This document shows positions 16,921-27,713 of a stretch of 64,000 nt of DNA, piece after piece. The notes below the pieces were generated by a model. That model was given only the letters and a program-made list of their open reading frames with translations, was not told the origin of the DNA and did no database searches. The number at the start of each line of letters is the position of its first letter. Positions within the stretch are counted from its first letter, which is position 1. Source of the DNA: Candidatus Nealsonbacteria bacterium (GTDB lineage Bacteria > Patescibacteriota > Minisyncoccia > Minisyncoccales > CAZKCU01); the NCBI GenBank assembly GCA_047456305.1, contig CP179888.1, positions 509,307-573,306 of the forward strand, given 5' to 3'. The position numbers and the translations under genes were made by a program.

Positions 16921-17820
16921 TTATTTTAGGAATTTTTTAACTAATTTTTCTGCTGTCTTTTTGTCTTTCACCCAGTAAATTCTTTTATCAGATTTCCACC
17001 AGGTCATTTGGCGCTTGGCATAATTTTGAAGTTCTTTTAGAGAATTTTCAATCATTTCTTTATCAGTAATTTTATTCTGAAAATATTGAGTTGCTACTCG
17101 ATAATGTATTCCAAATTCTTCAATTCTCTGCCAAGAAATGCCAAGTTTCCTCAATTTTAGAATTTCTTTTAAAAATCCCTGCTTTAACCATTTTAAAAAT
17201 CTTTTTTTAATTAATTTTTTAAGTTCTTCTTTTGATTTTTTAATACCAACTATCAAAATCGGATAGGGAAGAGGAAATTTTTTTAAAGGGGGCACGGGTT
17301 TTTTTGTTTTCAATATAATTTCAATTGCCCGAATTAATCTTCTGGGATTTTTCTTCTCAATTGTTCTTGCTCTTTTTGGGTCAAGTTTTTTTAATTGGCC
17401 AAAAAGTTCTTTCACTGTTTTTTTTGCCAATTTTTTCCTTAATTTCCAATCAGGAGGAACTTTTGGAATTAAAATTCCATCAATTACAGCCTGAATATAA
17501 AAACCTGTTCCACCGCATAAAAAAGGCATCTTACCTTTTTTAAAAATTTTATTCATTGCTTCAAGTGTCAATTTCCGATATTGAGCAACAGTAAATCTTC
17601 TCTTTGGACTGGCTACATCCAGGAGATGATGGCTGACACCCATCATCTCTTTTTTAGTTACTTTTCCGGTTCCAATATTCATTCCTTTATAAACCTGACG
17701 GGAGTCAGCCGAAATAATCTCTCCATTGAACTTTTTAGCAAGTTTTATTGCCAGCTCTGATTTACCCGAAGCCGTTGGTCCTAAAATAACAATTAATTTT
17801 GGCAACTTTTCTTTTTTCAT
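16921..17820 (-). CDS. miaA: tRNA dimethylallyltransferase
   Basis: 299 aa. P-loop GPTASGKSELA, SADSRQVYKGMNIGT and GGTGFY. Confidence 0.95.
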   Translation of the reverse strand: MKKEKLPKLIVILGPTASGKSELAIKLAKKFNGEIISADSRQVYKGMNIGTGKVTKKEMMGVSHHLLDVASPKRRFTVAQYRKLTLEAMNKIFKKGKMPFLCGGTGFYIQAVIDGILIPKVPPDWKLRKKLAKKTVKELFGQLKKLDPKRARTIEKKNPRRLIRAIEIILKTKKPVPPLKKFPLPYPILIVGIKKSKEELKKLIKKRFLKWLKQGFLKEILKLRKLGISWQRIEEFGIHYRVATQYFQNKITDKEMIENSLKELQNYAKRQMTWWKSDKRIYWVKDKKTAEKLVKKFLK

Positions 17821-17954
17821 ACTCTATATTTATATTAAATTAAATTTTAAAAATAATAAAAAGGCTGAGGATAATCCCGGCTTGATTTGACATAATATTT
17901 ATTTTTATGTTATTATAATTATAGCTGTTTTAAATTAAAAGGAGGGAGATAAAA

Positions 17955-18371
17955 TTGAGAATCTTTGATAGGTTTAGAAAGAAGAAGAAAGAAGAGGTAA
18001 AAGAGGTAATCACTGATTTGGAAAAGATTTGCGGCGGGGAGAAAAAAGTCTATGAAGCATTGCTTAATACAATGTTTTTATGCCCTTGGAAGATAGAGAT
18101 AGAGACTTCAATGGGAGAAGTAGTCAAAAAGGCAAAAGAGTTCGAAAAATCTGGCGATACGGTAAGAACGAGGATGTGGTACGAAACCGCTGGTGGATTA
18201 GCCATATACCATGGCAATGTTGCAAAGGTAAGAAAATACTTTGGCAAATGTGAAGAATTATCTAATGAAAAGTACCCGATCCTAAAAATCCCAGAAAAAG
18301 CTGTAAAAAAAGCTCAGGAGTACTACCTAAAATATCCAAAAGCCGAGGAGAAAAAAAAGGAGGAAAAATAA
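17955..18371 (+). CDS. Hypothetical protein
   Basis: 138-aa ORF with an upstream GGAGG and K/E-rich termini. No family recognised. Confidence 0.45.
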   Translation: MRIFDRFRKKKKEEVKEVITDLEKICGGEKKVYEALLNTMFLCPWKIEIETSMGEVVKKAKEFEKSGDTVRTRMWYETAGGLAIYHGNVAKVRKYFGKCEELSNEKYPILKIPEKAVKKAQEYYLKYPKAEEKKKEEK

Positions 18372-18402
18372 TTTTCTTAGAGCAACTTTTTAAGAGCTAA
18401 CT

Positions 18403-18435
18403 GAGGTTTTAGTCTCAAAACTAAGACCTCTTTTT
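18403..18435. terminator. Bidirectional terminator between convergent genes
   Basis: gaggttttagt ... actaagacctc stem followed by a T-run. Confidence 0.45.
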
Positions 18436-18437
18436 AT

Positions 18438-19646
18438 TTATATCAAAATTCCTTTTAAACCCCAAGACAGAGCATCAATTATTTTTACTTTTACAAATTG
18501 CCCGATTAGATTTTTTTGACCGCCAAATTTTACGGTTTTATATGTCCTGGTTTTGCCAATCAAGAAACCATTTTTTTGTTCATTAACTAAAGCTTCGACC
18601 CTTTTTCCAATGTATTTTCTATTTTTTTTCAAAGCAGTTTGTTTTAGAACTTCGGTGAGAATTTTCCATCTTCTTTCTTTTTCTTCTGGCAAAATATCAT
18701 CTTTTAATTTACTGGCTGCCGTTTGTGGTCTTGGAGAATACTTGGCAATATAAGCCATATCATATTTGATTTCCTTAAAAAGTTTTACTGTATTTTGAAA
18801 TTGCTTTTCTTTTTCTCCTGGAAAGCCAACAATAATATCGGTGGATAAGGTGATATCGGGAATTTTTTTGCGGATTTTTTTAACCAAATTTTTATATTGT
18901 TTAACCGTGTATGGTCGATTCATTCTTTTTAAAATTTCATTATCTCCTGATTGAACTGGCAGATTTAAATATTCGGTTACTTTTTCACATTCAGCCATTG
19001 CATCAATTAAATCATTAGAAAAATCTTTTGGATGAGAAGAAATAAACCTAATCCAAAAGGTCCCAGGAATATCATTTACCAGTTTTAAAAGTTTTGGAAA
19101 ATTAATTAAGGAATCTGAAGAGGAATGGTAGTCATTTACGTTTTGGCCTAAAAGCCAAATTTCTTTAAACCCTTTCTTTACCAAATCTTTAATTTCCTTT
19201 AAAACTTCTTGATGATTACGACAAACCAAAGGACCACGCGTGTAAGGAACAACGCAGTAAGCACAGAGATTATTACAACCATTTGAAATTGGCACAAAAG
19301 CTAAAGATTTACTTTTGCACTTTGGGGAAATATCAAAATAATTTCTCATATTCCAAATTGAATCAAAAATTTCTCTAAATTTCTTTTTATCTTTTTTTAA
19401 AATACAGCCCGTCAAAACAGTTTTTAATTTTGGTTTTTTGGTTTTTAATTTTTTGAATTTTGGTGCAAGACCATAAACTCTATCTACCGCCGATTGTCTG
19501 ACTGAACACATATTAACCACAATTAAATCAGCTTCAGTTTCATTTGAAGTTGGCAGATATCCTTTATTTTCCAAGACCGAAGAAATTCTTTCAGAATCTG
19601 ACTTATTCATTTGACACCCATAAGTTATAATGTAATATTTTGGCAT
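18438..19646 (-). CDS. miaB: MiaB-family radical-SAM methylthiotransferase
   Basis: Start taken at MPKYYIITYGCQMN (19646). CNNLCAYCVVP radical-SAM cluster and a C-terminal TRAM-like domain. Lies near miaA. Confidence 0.85.
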   Translation of the reverse strand: MPKYYIITYGCQMNKSDSERISSVLENKGYLPTSNETEADLIVVNMCSVRQSAVDRVYGLAPKFKKLKTKKPKLKTVLTGCILKKDKKKFREIFDSIWNMRNYFDISPKCKSKSLAFVPISNGCNNLCAYCVVPYTRGPLVCRNHQEVLKEIKDLVKKGFKEIWLLGQNVNDYHSSSDSLINFPKLLKLVNDIPGTFWIRFISSHPKDFSNDLIDAMAECEKVTEYLNLPVQSGDNEILKRMNRPYTVKQYKNLVKKIRKKIPDITLSTDIIVGFPGEKEKQFQNTVKLFKEIKYDMAYIAKYSPRPQTAASKLKDDILPEEKERRWKILTEVLKQTALKKNRKYIGKRVEALVNEQKNGFLIGKTRTYKTVKFGGQKNLIGQFVKVKIIDALSWGLKGILI

Positions 19647-19717
19647 ACTCAATATTTTACAATAGAAAAACGGCCTTTTCAAGGTCGTTTTTCTTAAAAT
19701 CTTATTTCTTAATAAGA

Positions 19718-21106
19718 TTATTCTAAAACACATTTTCCTTCCTTACATACTGAGCGAATACCGATACATCTTGCTTCGATTGTACCTGCCGGACCACATC
19801 TTGGCTGGAGGCAATCAGCATCAGTTTGGCATTCTTTTTCTTTACATTTTCCCTTGTAATCAATTTCTACTTTGGCTAACTTTGCAAAGCAAGCATTACT
19901 GTAAGTTTTTCCATCTTTTCCGCAAACCGGATTCCACAAAGTAATACAAGCGATTGGTTTCACTGATTCTTGAAGAATTTCAACTTCGGCTGGGATTACA
20001 CATTCGAAAGAAATTATACAACCTTTAGCATCTCTTTTTACTACAATTCTTCCTTCTTTACAAAAATCAGGAGCTGATTTTTCTATTATTGGACAATCTC
20101 TTTCTGGTGTTTTTTCTCTGATTTGCTCTAAGATTCTATTTCGGGATTGAAGAAGATTTTTTTTAATCTCTGGAATTTCTTTCGATTCTTCTTTTAAATT
20201 TTCTAAAATTTCCAGGTGTTTTTCTTTTTCTCCAGAGATTTTCTCAAGATATTGCTGAAATTTCTTTTGGTCTTCAGGTTCTATTTTTTCTAAATGTTCC
20301 TTCAATCTGATTGTCAGATTTTCCTGTACTTTTCTGATAGCTTCTTTTGCTTCTTCTGGTACTTTCTCTTCTAAATTCTTCAGAATCTCTAAATTTTTGA
20401 AATTCTTGAATTGACTGCCCTTTTGCTTTTCCAGAGTTTCACCTAATTTTTCCGTGATTTTTTCTTTTCGATCCTCAAGTTTCAACATTACATCCTTGAA
20501 TCTTTCCAGATGTTGTTCTCTAGCTGTTTTTATTTTTTCAAGAGCTTTAAGCGGAACTTGGGTTTCTAATCTTTGCAAAAGTTTCTGATGTAAAACCTGC
20601 TGGTCTAAAAATTTATCAAGAAAACTCTCTACCCTTGGATTTTCTTTTGACTTTTCTCTTATTTTATCAACTTGGTTTTTTATCTTTCCAACTTCCTGCT
20701 GATAATTTTCAGTTGCTTTTTTAATAACCTTGGGATCCTGGTTTTTTTCAATTATTTTTTTTGTTTCCATTAATTTTTCGTTGGCAAATTTCATTCTCAG
20801 TTCAGCTTTTTTAACTGGATCGAAAGTAAAGAAACTCTGAATTTCCCTGACCCAATTTTTGAGGAAATAAAAGGGATTATCAGGTAAGAGCCGGGGCTCT
20901 CCGACTCCCAAATCTTCTGGCTGGATATTCTCATCAAGATTAACCGCCTCCATTACCACTTCCTCAATTTCTTTTGGTGCTTCAGCTGGGGTTGTTTCTT
21001 CCTGAGCAGAAACAGGGGCCTGCAAAGCGGGAGGGTGGAGGGTGGGTTGGAGTCCAAAAACAACAAGTAGTCCAAAACTTAACAAAAAAACTTTAAAAAT
21101 TTTCAT
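19718..21106 (-). CDS. Secreted coiled-coil protein with a C-terminal Kazal-like and Cys-rich module
   Basis: Start at MKIFKVFLLSFGLLVVFG (signal peptide), then a long K/E-rich helical region, then ACITLWNPVCGKDGKTYSNACFAKLAKVEIDYKGKC (Kazal core PVCG-DG-TY-N-C) and further Cys-rich repeats. Confidence 0.65.
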   Translation of the reverse strand: MKIFKVFLLSFGLLVVFGLQPTLHPPALQAPVSAQEETTPAEAPKEIEEVVMEAVNLDENIQPEDLGVGEPRLLPDNPFYFLKNWVREIQSFFTFDPVKKAELRMKFANEKLMETKKIIEKNQDPKVIKKATENYQQEVGKIKNQVDKIREKSKENPRVESFLDKFLDQQVLHQKLLQRLETQVPLKALEKIKTAREQHLERFKDVMLKLEDRKEKITEKLGETLEKQKGSQFKNFKNLEILKNLEEKVPEEAKEAIRKVQENLTIRLKEHLEKIEPEDQKKFQQYLEKISGEKEKHLEILENLKEESKEIPEIKKNLLQSRNRILEQIREKTPERDCPIIEKSAPDFCKEGRIVVKRDAKGCIISFECVIPAEVEILQESVKPIACITLWNPVCGKDGKTYSNACFAKLAKVEIDYKGKCKEKECQTDADCLQPRCGPAGTIEARCIGIRSVCKEGKCVLE

Positions 21107-21141
21107 ATTTATTAGTAAATTAATTTTTTTTAGCTCGACCT

Positions 21142-22758
21142 TTAGTGAATTTCTTCTTTCTTTTCCTTCAAAAAATACCTCCATTGTTCTAAGAATTCCA
21201 CAAAGACCAGAAAGGGCATATCAATCAAGGCGTTAAAGAAAGCGGCAATGGCATTATATTTTTTCCACTTATTGGATAACCAGCGTCCTAAAGAAGCCAT
21301 AGGCAAAGATAAAATATCAAACACAAACCCTAAAAATCCACCTTTCTTTTCTTCTACTGTAAGTTCCTCACCTCTTTTTCTAATTGCTAATCCTGCAAAA
21401 GTAATCAGCGCTACAAATATAATATTAATGATAACAGAAGTCGGGGGAAATTTTGCAAGTTGAAAAATTCCAACTATCACCCCCAGTGAAATACAAGCAC
21501 CCAAAAGATAGATGAGGCCAATAATAGATCTTATTATGACCCCCCTTTTTTTAGGAATTTTTATTTCGTAAGTGTCAATTTTGCCATAAACAATTTTCAT
21601 TGTTTCCATAATTACTAAATCTAAATTATTTTTTGAGGGAGGCTTAATCGTGACTACTAAAAGAAACATTAAAAAAGTAGGGCCAAGAATATCTACTAAT
21701 ATCGTAATGGGCATAAAACGGCCGGTAATCAGTCTAGCTAGAGGTATTTCTAGGATTAATAAAGAAAGACTATTAGCCAGTAGGATAGAAAGAGTAGAAT
21801 AAACAGCTGCCCGAAAAAGACGTGCTTTTAGAGTAGATAATCTCTTATTATAAGCTTTTTTGATAAGGCTCTCAAAAATTTCCGGTTCAGAGATTTTTTT
21901 TGAAATTTCTGCAGGATTTTCTTCAGATAACACATCGCCCAAAAGCAAATAAGGGGTGTCGTATTTTTCGCAAATAGTATAAAATTTTTTGCCGAGAGAA
22001 TGAGATAAATCTTTTTCAATATCGTTCCATATTGTATATATATTTTTAGCTATTCCAGAAAGCCATTCTATGGTTGTGTTATTCCATTGTGGGAATTTAT
22101 ATTTCAAAAGATTGTAACTTATAATTGGATGGTCTAGTTTGAAAAGAGCTTGTTGAACTGCAATATAAATTTGAATATTTTTTTCCTCCTCTTTTATTTT
22201 TTTAAAAACAAAGACTCCTTCGTTTAAAGTAATTCGCTCTTTCATCAATTCAAACATATAGTCTATTAAGGCTTTTTCCTTGATAAAGGGAGCGAGAGCA
22301 TCTTCTACTTCGCAGGCAGCAATTTCTAAAATCCAGTTATAAAATTGTAGTTTCTCGCGTCCTGATTTTGCCGGCGGGCTATTTTTGAGAATAAAAACAT
22401 ATTTGTTAATTACTCTTTGAACATCGGCTATTTTCGTTTCTTCAATTCTATCATTGGGGAAATGACCGCCCCTGATTAATTCCAAAACCAAGGGCTCTGC
22501 AATTTCTTTACTTTTAGAAAGATTATTTAATTCCCAATCTAAAAACCTTCTTTTTAATTTTCTGATGATGGCGGCTCTTCGCATCAAATGTTCTTCCTTC
22601 CAGTCAACGATTGTTCTTATTTTTTCATAGAAAGCAGCTACCCTTAAGGCAACTTCATCTACGTGAATAGTTGATACCCCTTCTTTTGGTTGGAGCGACT
22701 GGTACCATCTTTGATAATGGGAAAGAAGTTTTTTGGTGGACTGAGAGATTTGAGGCAT
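21142..22758 (-). CDS. Hypothetical polytopic membrane protein
   Basis: 538 aa. About 330 aa of soluble N-terminal region, then several TM helices. No family recognised. Confidence 0.55.
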   Translation of the reverse strand: MPQISQSTKKLLSHYQRWYQSLQPKEGVSTIHVDEVALRVAAFYEKIRTIVDWKEEHLMRRAAIIRKLKRRFLDWELNNLSKSKEIAEPLVLELIRGGHFPNDRIEETKIADVQRVINKYVFILKNSPPAKSGREKLQFYNWILEIAACEVEDALAPFIKEKALIDYMFELMKERITLNEGVFVFKKIKEEEKNIQIYIAVQQALFKLDHPIISYNLLKYKFPQWNNTTIEWLSGIAKNIYTIWNDIEKDLSHSLGKKFYTICEKYDTPYLLLGDVLSEENPAEISKKISEPEIFESLIKKAYNKRLSTLKARLFRAAVYSTLSILLANSLSLLILEIPLARLITGRFMPITILVDILGPTFLMFLLVVTIKPPSKNNLDLVIMETMKIVYGKIDTYEIKIPKKRGVIIRSIIGLIYLLGACISLGVIVGIFQLAKFPPTSVIINIIFVALITFAGLAIRKRGEELTVEEKKGGFLGFVFDILSLPMASLGRWLSNKWKKYNAIAAFFNALIDMPFLVFVEFLEQWRYFLKEKKEEIH

Positions 22759-22761
22759 TTT

Positions 22762-24477
22762 TTATTTTTTAGTCATTATCTCAGTTTTGACCTTTTCTAA
22801 AAATTTATTAAATTTAACTGGGCCAATATCGCCCTTATCTCTTTGTCTTACCCGAACCTGCTTCGTTTTTATTTCTTTATCTCCAACCACTAATAAATAA
22901 GGGATTTTTTGAATTTCACCATTACGAATTTTCTTAGAGACCGTCTCATTTTCATCTTTGACCTCCGTTCGATATCCGATGTTGGACATCCGATGTCCAA
23001 TATCTTGGGCGTATTTTTTGTGGCGGGAGCCAACTGGAATTATCCATACTTGCTCCGGCGATAACCATAAAGGTAAAGCCCCAGCATAATTTTCAAGTAA
23101 AACTCCGATGAATCTTTCTAAAGACCCTAATAAAGCCCGATGAATCATAAGAGGCTGTTTCTTTTTACTTGATTTGGTAATATAAGTCATCTTAAATCTC
23201 TCGGGTAAGTTAAAATCAATTTGAATTGTTGTGCACTGCCAGGATCTGCCCAAAGAATCTTTGATTTTAATATCAATTTTTGGTCCATAGAACACGCCTC
23301 CTCCGGGGTCGGTTCGATATTTTAATTTAAGTTTTTTGAGAACGTATTTTAGAGAATTGGTAGCTTTTTGCCAACCCTTTAAAGTCCCGGCATATTTTTC
23401 TGGCCGGGTCGAAAGATAGATACTATATTCTTTAAATCCAAAAGTTTTTAATATTTTGAAACTAACTTTTAGAAGTTTAGTTACTTCCTCTGCTAATTGA
23501 TCGGCTTCACAGATAATATGGGCATCATCTTGAGTAAGACCTCTTACCCTTGTTAAGCCATGCAAAACTCCAGACTTTTCATAGCGGTAGACCGTTCCTA
23601 ATTCAGCAAGATATAAAGGTAAATCTTTGTAACTCCGAATTTTAGAATTGTAAATCTTTATATGAAAAGGGCAATTCATTGGTTTTAATAAATATTCTTC
23701 CTGGTCAATTTTAATAGGGGAATACATATTTTCTCGAAAGAGGTCCCAATGTCCTGAAGTTTTCCAAAGCGAAAGCTTTGCAATATGAGGAGTGACTACC
23801 CATTGGTAACCTTGAGAAGTTAATTCTTTGTATAGATAATCTTCAATTATATGGCGCAGAATTGCTCCTTTCGGAAGCCATAAAGGAAGTCCTGCTCCTA
23901 CTTCTTCGTCAAACATAAATAGCTCTAATTTTTGTCCCAGAATTCGATGGTCTCTTTTTTCTGCTTCTTCCTGTCTTTTTAAAAATTCATTGAGTTCTTT
24001 TTTAGTTTTAAAAGCTACTCCATAAATTCGGGTTAGCATTGGCCGCTTTTCGTTTCCCCGCCAATAAGCTCCAGCTATTTTAGTTAATTTAAAAGCATCT
24101 ATCGGGATTTGTTTTGTTGATTTTATATGAGGACCCTTGCAAAGGTCTATGAATTTTTCGCTTTCGTAAATCCCTACTTTTTTCCCTGGCAATTCACCTA
24201 TCAGCTCTAATTTATATAGCTGGTTTTTAAATATCTTTTCTGCTTCTACTTTTGAAATTATTTTCTTTTTAAATCTAATGTTTTGCCTAATCAATTCCCT
24301 CATTTTCTTTTCAATTTTTGTCAAATCTTCAGAGGAAAGAGATTGAGGTAAATCGAAATCATAATAAAAACCGTTTTCAACAGCAGGCCCAATACCAAAT
24401 TTGGTTTTAGGATACAATTCCTGAACAGCTGCAGCCATTATGTGAGATAGAGAATGACGAATTGTTTCGATTTTCAT
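22762..24477 (-). CDS. thrS: Threonine-tRNA ligase
   Basis: 571 aa. HSLSHIMAAAV, class II motifs (RVRGLTQDDAHIF-like, GPKID) and a C-terminal anticodon-binding domain. Confidence 0.95.
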   Translation of the reverse strand: MKIETIRHSLSHIMAAAVQELYPKTKFGIGPAVENGFYYDFDLPQSLSSEDLTKIEKKMRELIRQNIRFKKKIISKVEAEKIFKNQLYKLELIGELPGKKVGIYESEKFIDLCKGPHIKSTKQIPIDAFKLTKIAGAYWRGNEKRPMLTRIYGVAFKTKKELNEFLKRQEEAEKRDHRILGQKLELFMFDEEVGAGLPLWLPKGAILRHIIEDYLYKELTSQGYQWVVTPHIAKLSLWKTSGHWDLFRENMYSPIKIDQEEYLLKPMNCPFHIKIYNSKIRSYKDLPLYLAELGTVYRYEKSGVLHGLTRVRGLTQDDAHIICEADQLAEEVTKLLKVSFKILKTFGFKEYSIYLSTRPEKYAGTLKGWQKATNSLKYVLKKLKLKYRTDPGGGVFYGPKIDIKIKDSLGRSWQCTTIQIDFNLPERFKMTYITKSSKKKQPLMIHRALLGSLERFIGVLLENYAGALPLWLSPEQVWIIPVGSRHKKYAQDIGHRMSNIGYRTEVKDENETVSKKIRNGEIQKIPYLLVVGDKEIKTKQVRVRQRDKGDIGPVKFNKFLEKVKTEIMTKK

Positions 24478-27400
24478 AGGTCGTTTATTATTTCTTCGAT
24501 GTCATCGCAAATTAATTTAGGGATGCCATCTCGGCTGTTAACCCGACCTGAGACCAAGACGATTTTATTTTCCTGAAAAGCTGTTGGATTTTTTTCAATT
24601 ACTCCGGGAAAGACAATTACTTCGATTTTATCATCAAGGTCTTCTAATTTCATAAAAAGCATTGGTTTACCTGTTTTAGTAATAATTCTTTTAATTGAAG
24701 AAATGAGACCGCCAACTTTAACTGGACGATTTGCCAAAATAGTTTTTATCTTGAGAATAGATTGGGTTTTCTTTTCTAAGACTTTTTTGAAATCTTCTAA
24801 AGGATGAGAACTGACAAAAAGACCCAACAATTCTTTTTCCCAGGCTAATTTTTCAGCTTTGCCAGCTTCCTTTACCGGATTAAATCGGAAGTTTGTATTT
24901 TGACTTATTCCATCAAAAAGACCTCTTTGGCCATTAGCTTTGACTCTTTGAGTTTCTCGGGCAGATTCCAGTAATCTTTCTAAATTAAATAAAAGTTGAT
25001 TTCTTTCGGCTAATTTATCAAAAACTCCGGCCTTAATTAAACTTTCTAAAGATTTTTTGTTTAAATCTTTAGAATTAATTCGGCTAATGAAATCAGCAAC
25101 TGATTGATAGGGTCCTTTTTCTTTTCTTTCTTGGACAATGGCCTTGACTACATTAGAACCAACATTTTTTATTGCTGTTAATCCAAAGCGAATTTTGTTT
25201 TGTTTTGGTACGACCGTGAAGTTTTCTAAACTCTCATTTATATCTGGGGGTAATACCTCAATCCTCATCTTTTTACATTCTGAAATTAAAAAACCAATTC
25301 TTTCAACATCGGCTTTCTCAGAAGTTAAGAGAGAGGCCATAAATTCGACTGGAAAATGTGATTTTAAGTAGGCGGTTTGATAAGCAATAAGAGCATAGCA
25401 GGTAGCATGGCTTTTGTTAAATGAATATTTGGCAAAAGGTTCAAACCAGTGCCAAATTTTTTGAGCAATATCTTCTGAAATTTTATTTTTTTTACATCCA
25501 GTAATAAATTTTTCTTTTTGATTCATGAGTAAACTTTTAATTTTCTTACCGATGGCTTTTCTCAAAACGTCAGCTTCAGTCAAGGTAAATCCAGCAAGAT
25601 CTTTCGCAATTTTCATTATCTCTTCTTGATAGACCGGAATTCCGTAAGTTGATTCTAAAATTGGTTTTAGTTTCGGAACTAAATATTCAACCTTCTTTCT
25701 TTTATGCTTTCCGGCAATGTAATCAGGGATAAGAGCCATTGGACCTGGTCGATAGAGAGCTACCATAGCAATAATATCTTCCAGTTGGGTTGGTTTTAAT
25801 TGTTTAAGATACCGTCGCATACCTTCTGATTCTAATTGAAAAAGGCCTACACAATTACCAGCCTGTAATAATCTAAAAGTTTTTTTATCATCTAAGGGAA
25901 TATTTTCAATATCTATTTTTTTATTTTGGACTACATAGATTCGGGATAAAGTATCCTCAATGATGGTTAGATTTTTCAATCCCAAAAGATCCATTTTTAA
26001 TAATCCAAGATCCTCAATTGAATGCATTTCGTACTGGGTAATAATATTTTCGTCGTTTTGGGTGGGATGTTGCAGGGGTACGAGTTCGTCTAATGGTTCA
26101 GAAGAGATTACTACTCCGCAGGCATGGGTTGAAGCATGGCGGGCACAACCCTCCAATTTTTTCGCAAAATCAATTAATTTTTGGGCCTTGGAATCATTTA
26201 AATAGGCCTGGCGAAATTCGTCAACAATAGCTAAAGTTTGGTCTAAAGTTGAGCCAAAAGGAATCATTTTGGCAATTTTATCGCAATAGTTATAAGGATA
26301 ACTCAAAGCCCGACCAACATCCCTGACCACCGCTCTGGCTGCCATTGTTCCAAAAGTAATAATCTGAGCCACTTTATCCCGACCATATTTTTGAGCAACG
26401 TAATTTATTACTTCATCTCTTCGGCGGTCGGTAAAATCAAGATCAATATCAGGGAGTGATATTTTTGCCCGACCAAGATTAAGGAAACGCTCAAACAAAA
26501 GATTATATTTTAATGGATCAACATTAGTGATATTCAAGAGATAGGCAACCAAAGACCCTCCTACTGAGCCCCGGCCTGGACCGCAGACAATCCTATTTTG
26601 TTTTGCCCAATTGACAAAATCCTGGACAATTAAAAAATAGGAAGCAAAGTTAGTTTCTCCGATAACTCCTAATTCATAATTGAGCCGGTTTAAAATTTCT
26701 TTTTTTGGATGATTACCGTATTTCCTTTTTATTCCCTCAGAACAAAGTTCTTCTAAATATTCATCGGCCGATTTTCCATTAGGAACTTCAAATTTAGGTA
26801 ATTTGATTTTTCCTAACTCAAAATGAAAATTACAGATATCTGCAATTTTTTGAGTGTTTTCAATTGCCTCGGGTAGATAATTAAAATCCTTTATCATCTG
26901 TTCGGGAGCTTTCATTGAAAAATCATCCTGTTTCATCGTTAATCTTTCGGGATCATTTGGATCAGAACCAGTGTTAATTAGCATTAAAATATCTTGAGCC
27001 TGGGCATCTTCTTTTTTTAAATAATGGACGTCGTTGGTAGCAACCAAGGGAATTCCATATTTTTTAGAAATAAGGGTTAGTTGCTTATTAACTATTTTTT
27101 GCTCTTTAATATTTGGATGATGTTGAATTTCTAAATAAAAATTATCTTTACCAAAAATTTCCTGATATTTCAGAGAAAGCTGTTCTGCCTCAGTTATTTT
27201 TTTTGCCAGAATTAACTGGGGTATTTTTCCCATGAGACAGGAAGAGAGGCAGATAAGCCCCGAAGCATGTTTTGATAAGAGCTCTTCATCAATCCTTGGT
27301 TTATAATAAAAGCCCTCCAGATGGGCTTTGGTAATAAGTTTAACTAAATTTTTATAACCCTCTTTGTTTTTTACCAGTAAAATTAAATGATATCTTTTGT

Positions 27401-27647
27401 CATCAATGTTTGGACGGCGCTGTTCCATTCTCTCTAAAGACATATATATTTCAGCGCCGATTATTGGCTTTATTCCTCGCTCGATTGCTTTTTTATAAAA
27501 CTCAATTGCTCCATACAAAACCCCGTGATCGGTTAAGGCAACCGAGTCCATCCCAAGTTCTTTTACATAATCTAAAAGCTCATCGATTTTAGGAAGACCA
27601 TCTAGCAGGGAGTAGTGAGAATGGACATGTAGATGGGTAAATTTCAT
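24474..27647 (-). CDS. dnaE: DNA polymerase III alpha subunit
   Basis: 1057 aa. PHP domain FTHLHVHSHYSLLDG, PDIDLDF and a C-terminal OB fold. Confidence 0.95.
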   Translation of the reverse strand: MKFTHLHVHSHYSLLDGLPKIDELLDYVKELGMDSVALTDHGVLYGAIEFYKKAIERGIKPIIGAEIYMSLERMEQRRPNIDDKRYHLILLVKNKEGYKNLVKLITKAHLEGFYYKPRIDEELLSKHASGLICLSSCLMGKIPQLILAKKITEAEQLSLKYQEIFGKDNFYLEIQHHPNIKEQKIVNKQLTLISKKYGIPLVATNDVHYLKKEDAQAQDILMLINTGSDPNDPERLTMKQDDFSMKAPEQMIKDFNYLPEAIENTQKIADICNFHFELGKIKLPKFEVPNGKSADEYLEELCSEGIKRKYGNHPKKEILNRLNYELGVIGETNFASYFLIVQDFVNWAKQNRIVCGPGRGSVGGSLVAYLLNITNVDPLKYNLLFERFLNLGRAKISLPDIDLDFTDRRRDEVINYVAQKYGRDKVAQIITFGTMAARAVVRDVGRALSYPYNYCDKIAKMIPFGSTLDQTLAIVDEFRQAYLNDSKAQKLIDFAKKLEGCARHASTHACGVVISSEPLDELVPLQHPTQNDENIITQYEMHSIEDLGLLKMDLLGLKNLTIIEDTLSRIYVVQNKKIDIENIPLDDKKTFRLLQAGNCVGLFQLESEGMRRYLKQLKPTQLEDIIAMVALYRPGPMALIPDYIAGKHKRKKVEYLVPKLKPILESTYGIPVYQEEIMKIAKDLAGFTLTEADVLRKAIGKKIKSLLMNQKEKFITGCKKNKISEDIAQKIWHWFEPFAKYSFNKSHATCYALIAYQTAYLKSHFPVEFMASLLTSEKADVERIGFLISECKKMRIEVLPPDINESLENFTVVPKQNKIRFGLTAIKNVGSNVVKAIVQERKEKGPYQSVADFISRINSKDLNKKSLESLIKAGVFDKLAERNQLLFNLERLLESARETQRVKANGQRGLFDGISQNTNFRFNPVKEAGKAEKLAWEKELLGLFVSSHPLEDFKKVLEKKTQSILKIKTILANRPVKVGGLISSIKRIITKTGKPMLFMKLEDLDDKIEVIVFPGVIEKNPTAFQENKIVLVSGRVNSRDGIPKLICDDIEEIINDL

Positions 27648-27713
27648 AAGATATTATATTATTCTACTTTTTTAGTACAAGCAAGTCAAACATGGTAAAA
27701 TAGAAGTACTAAA

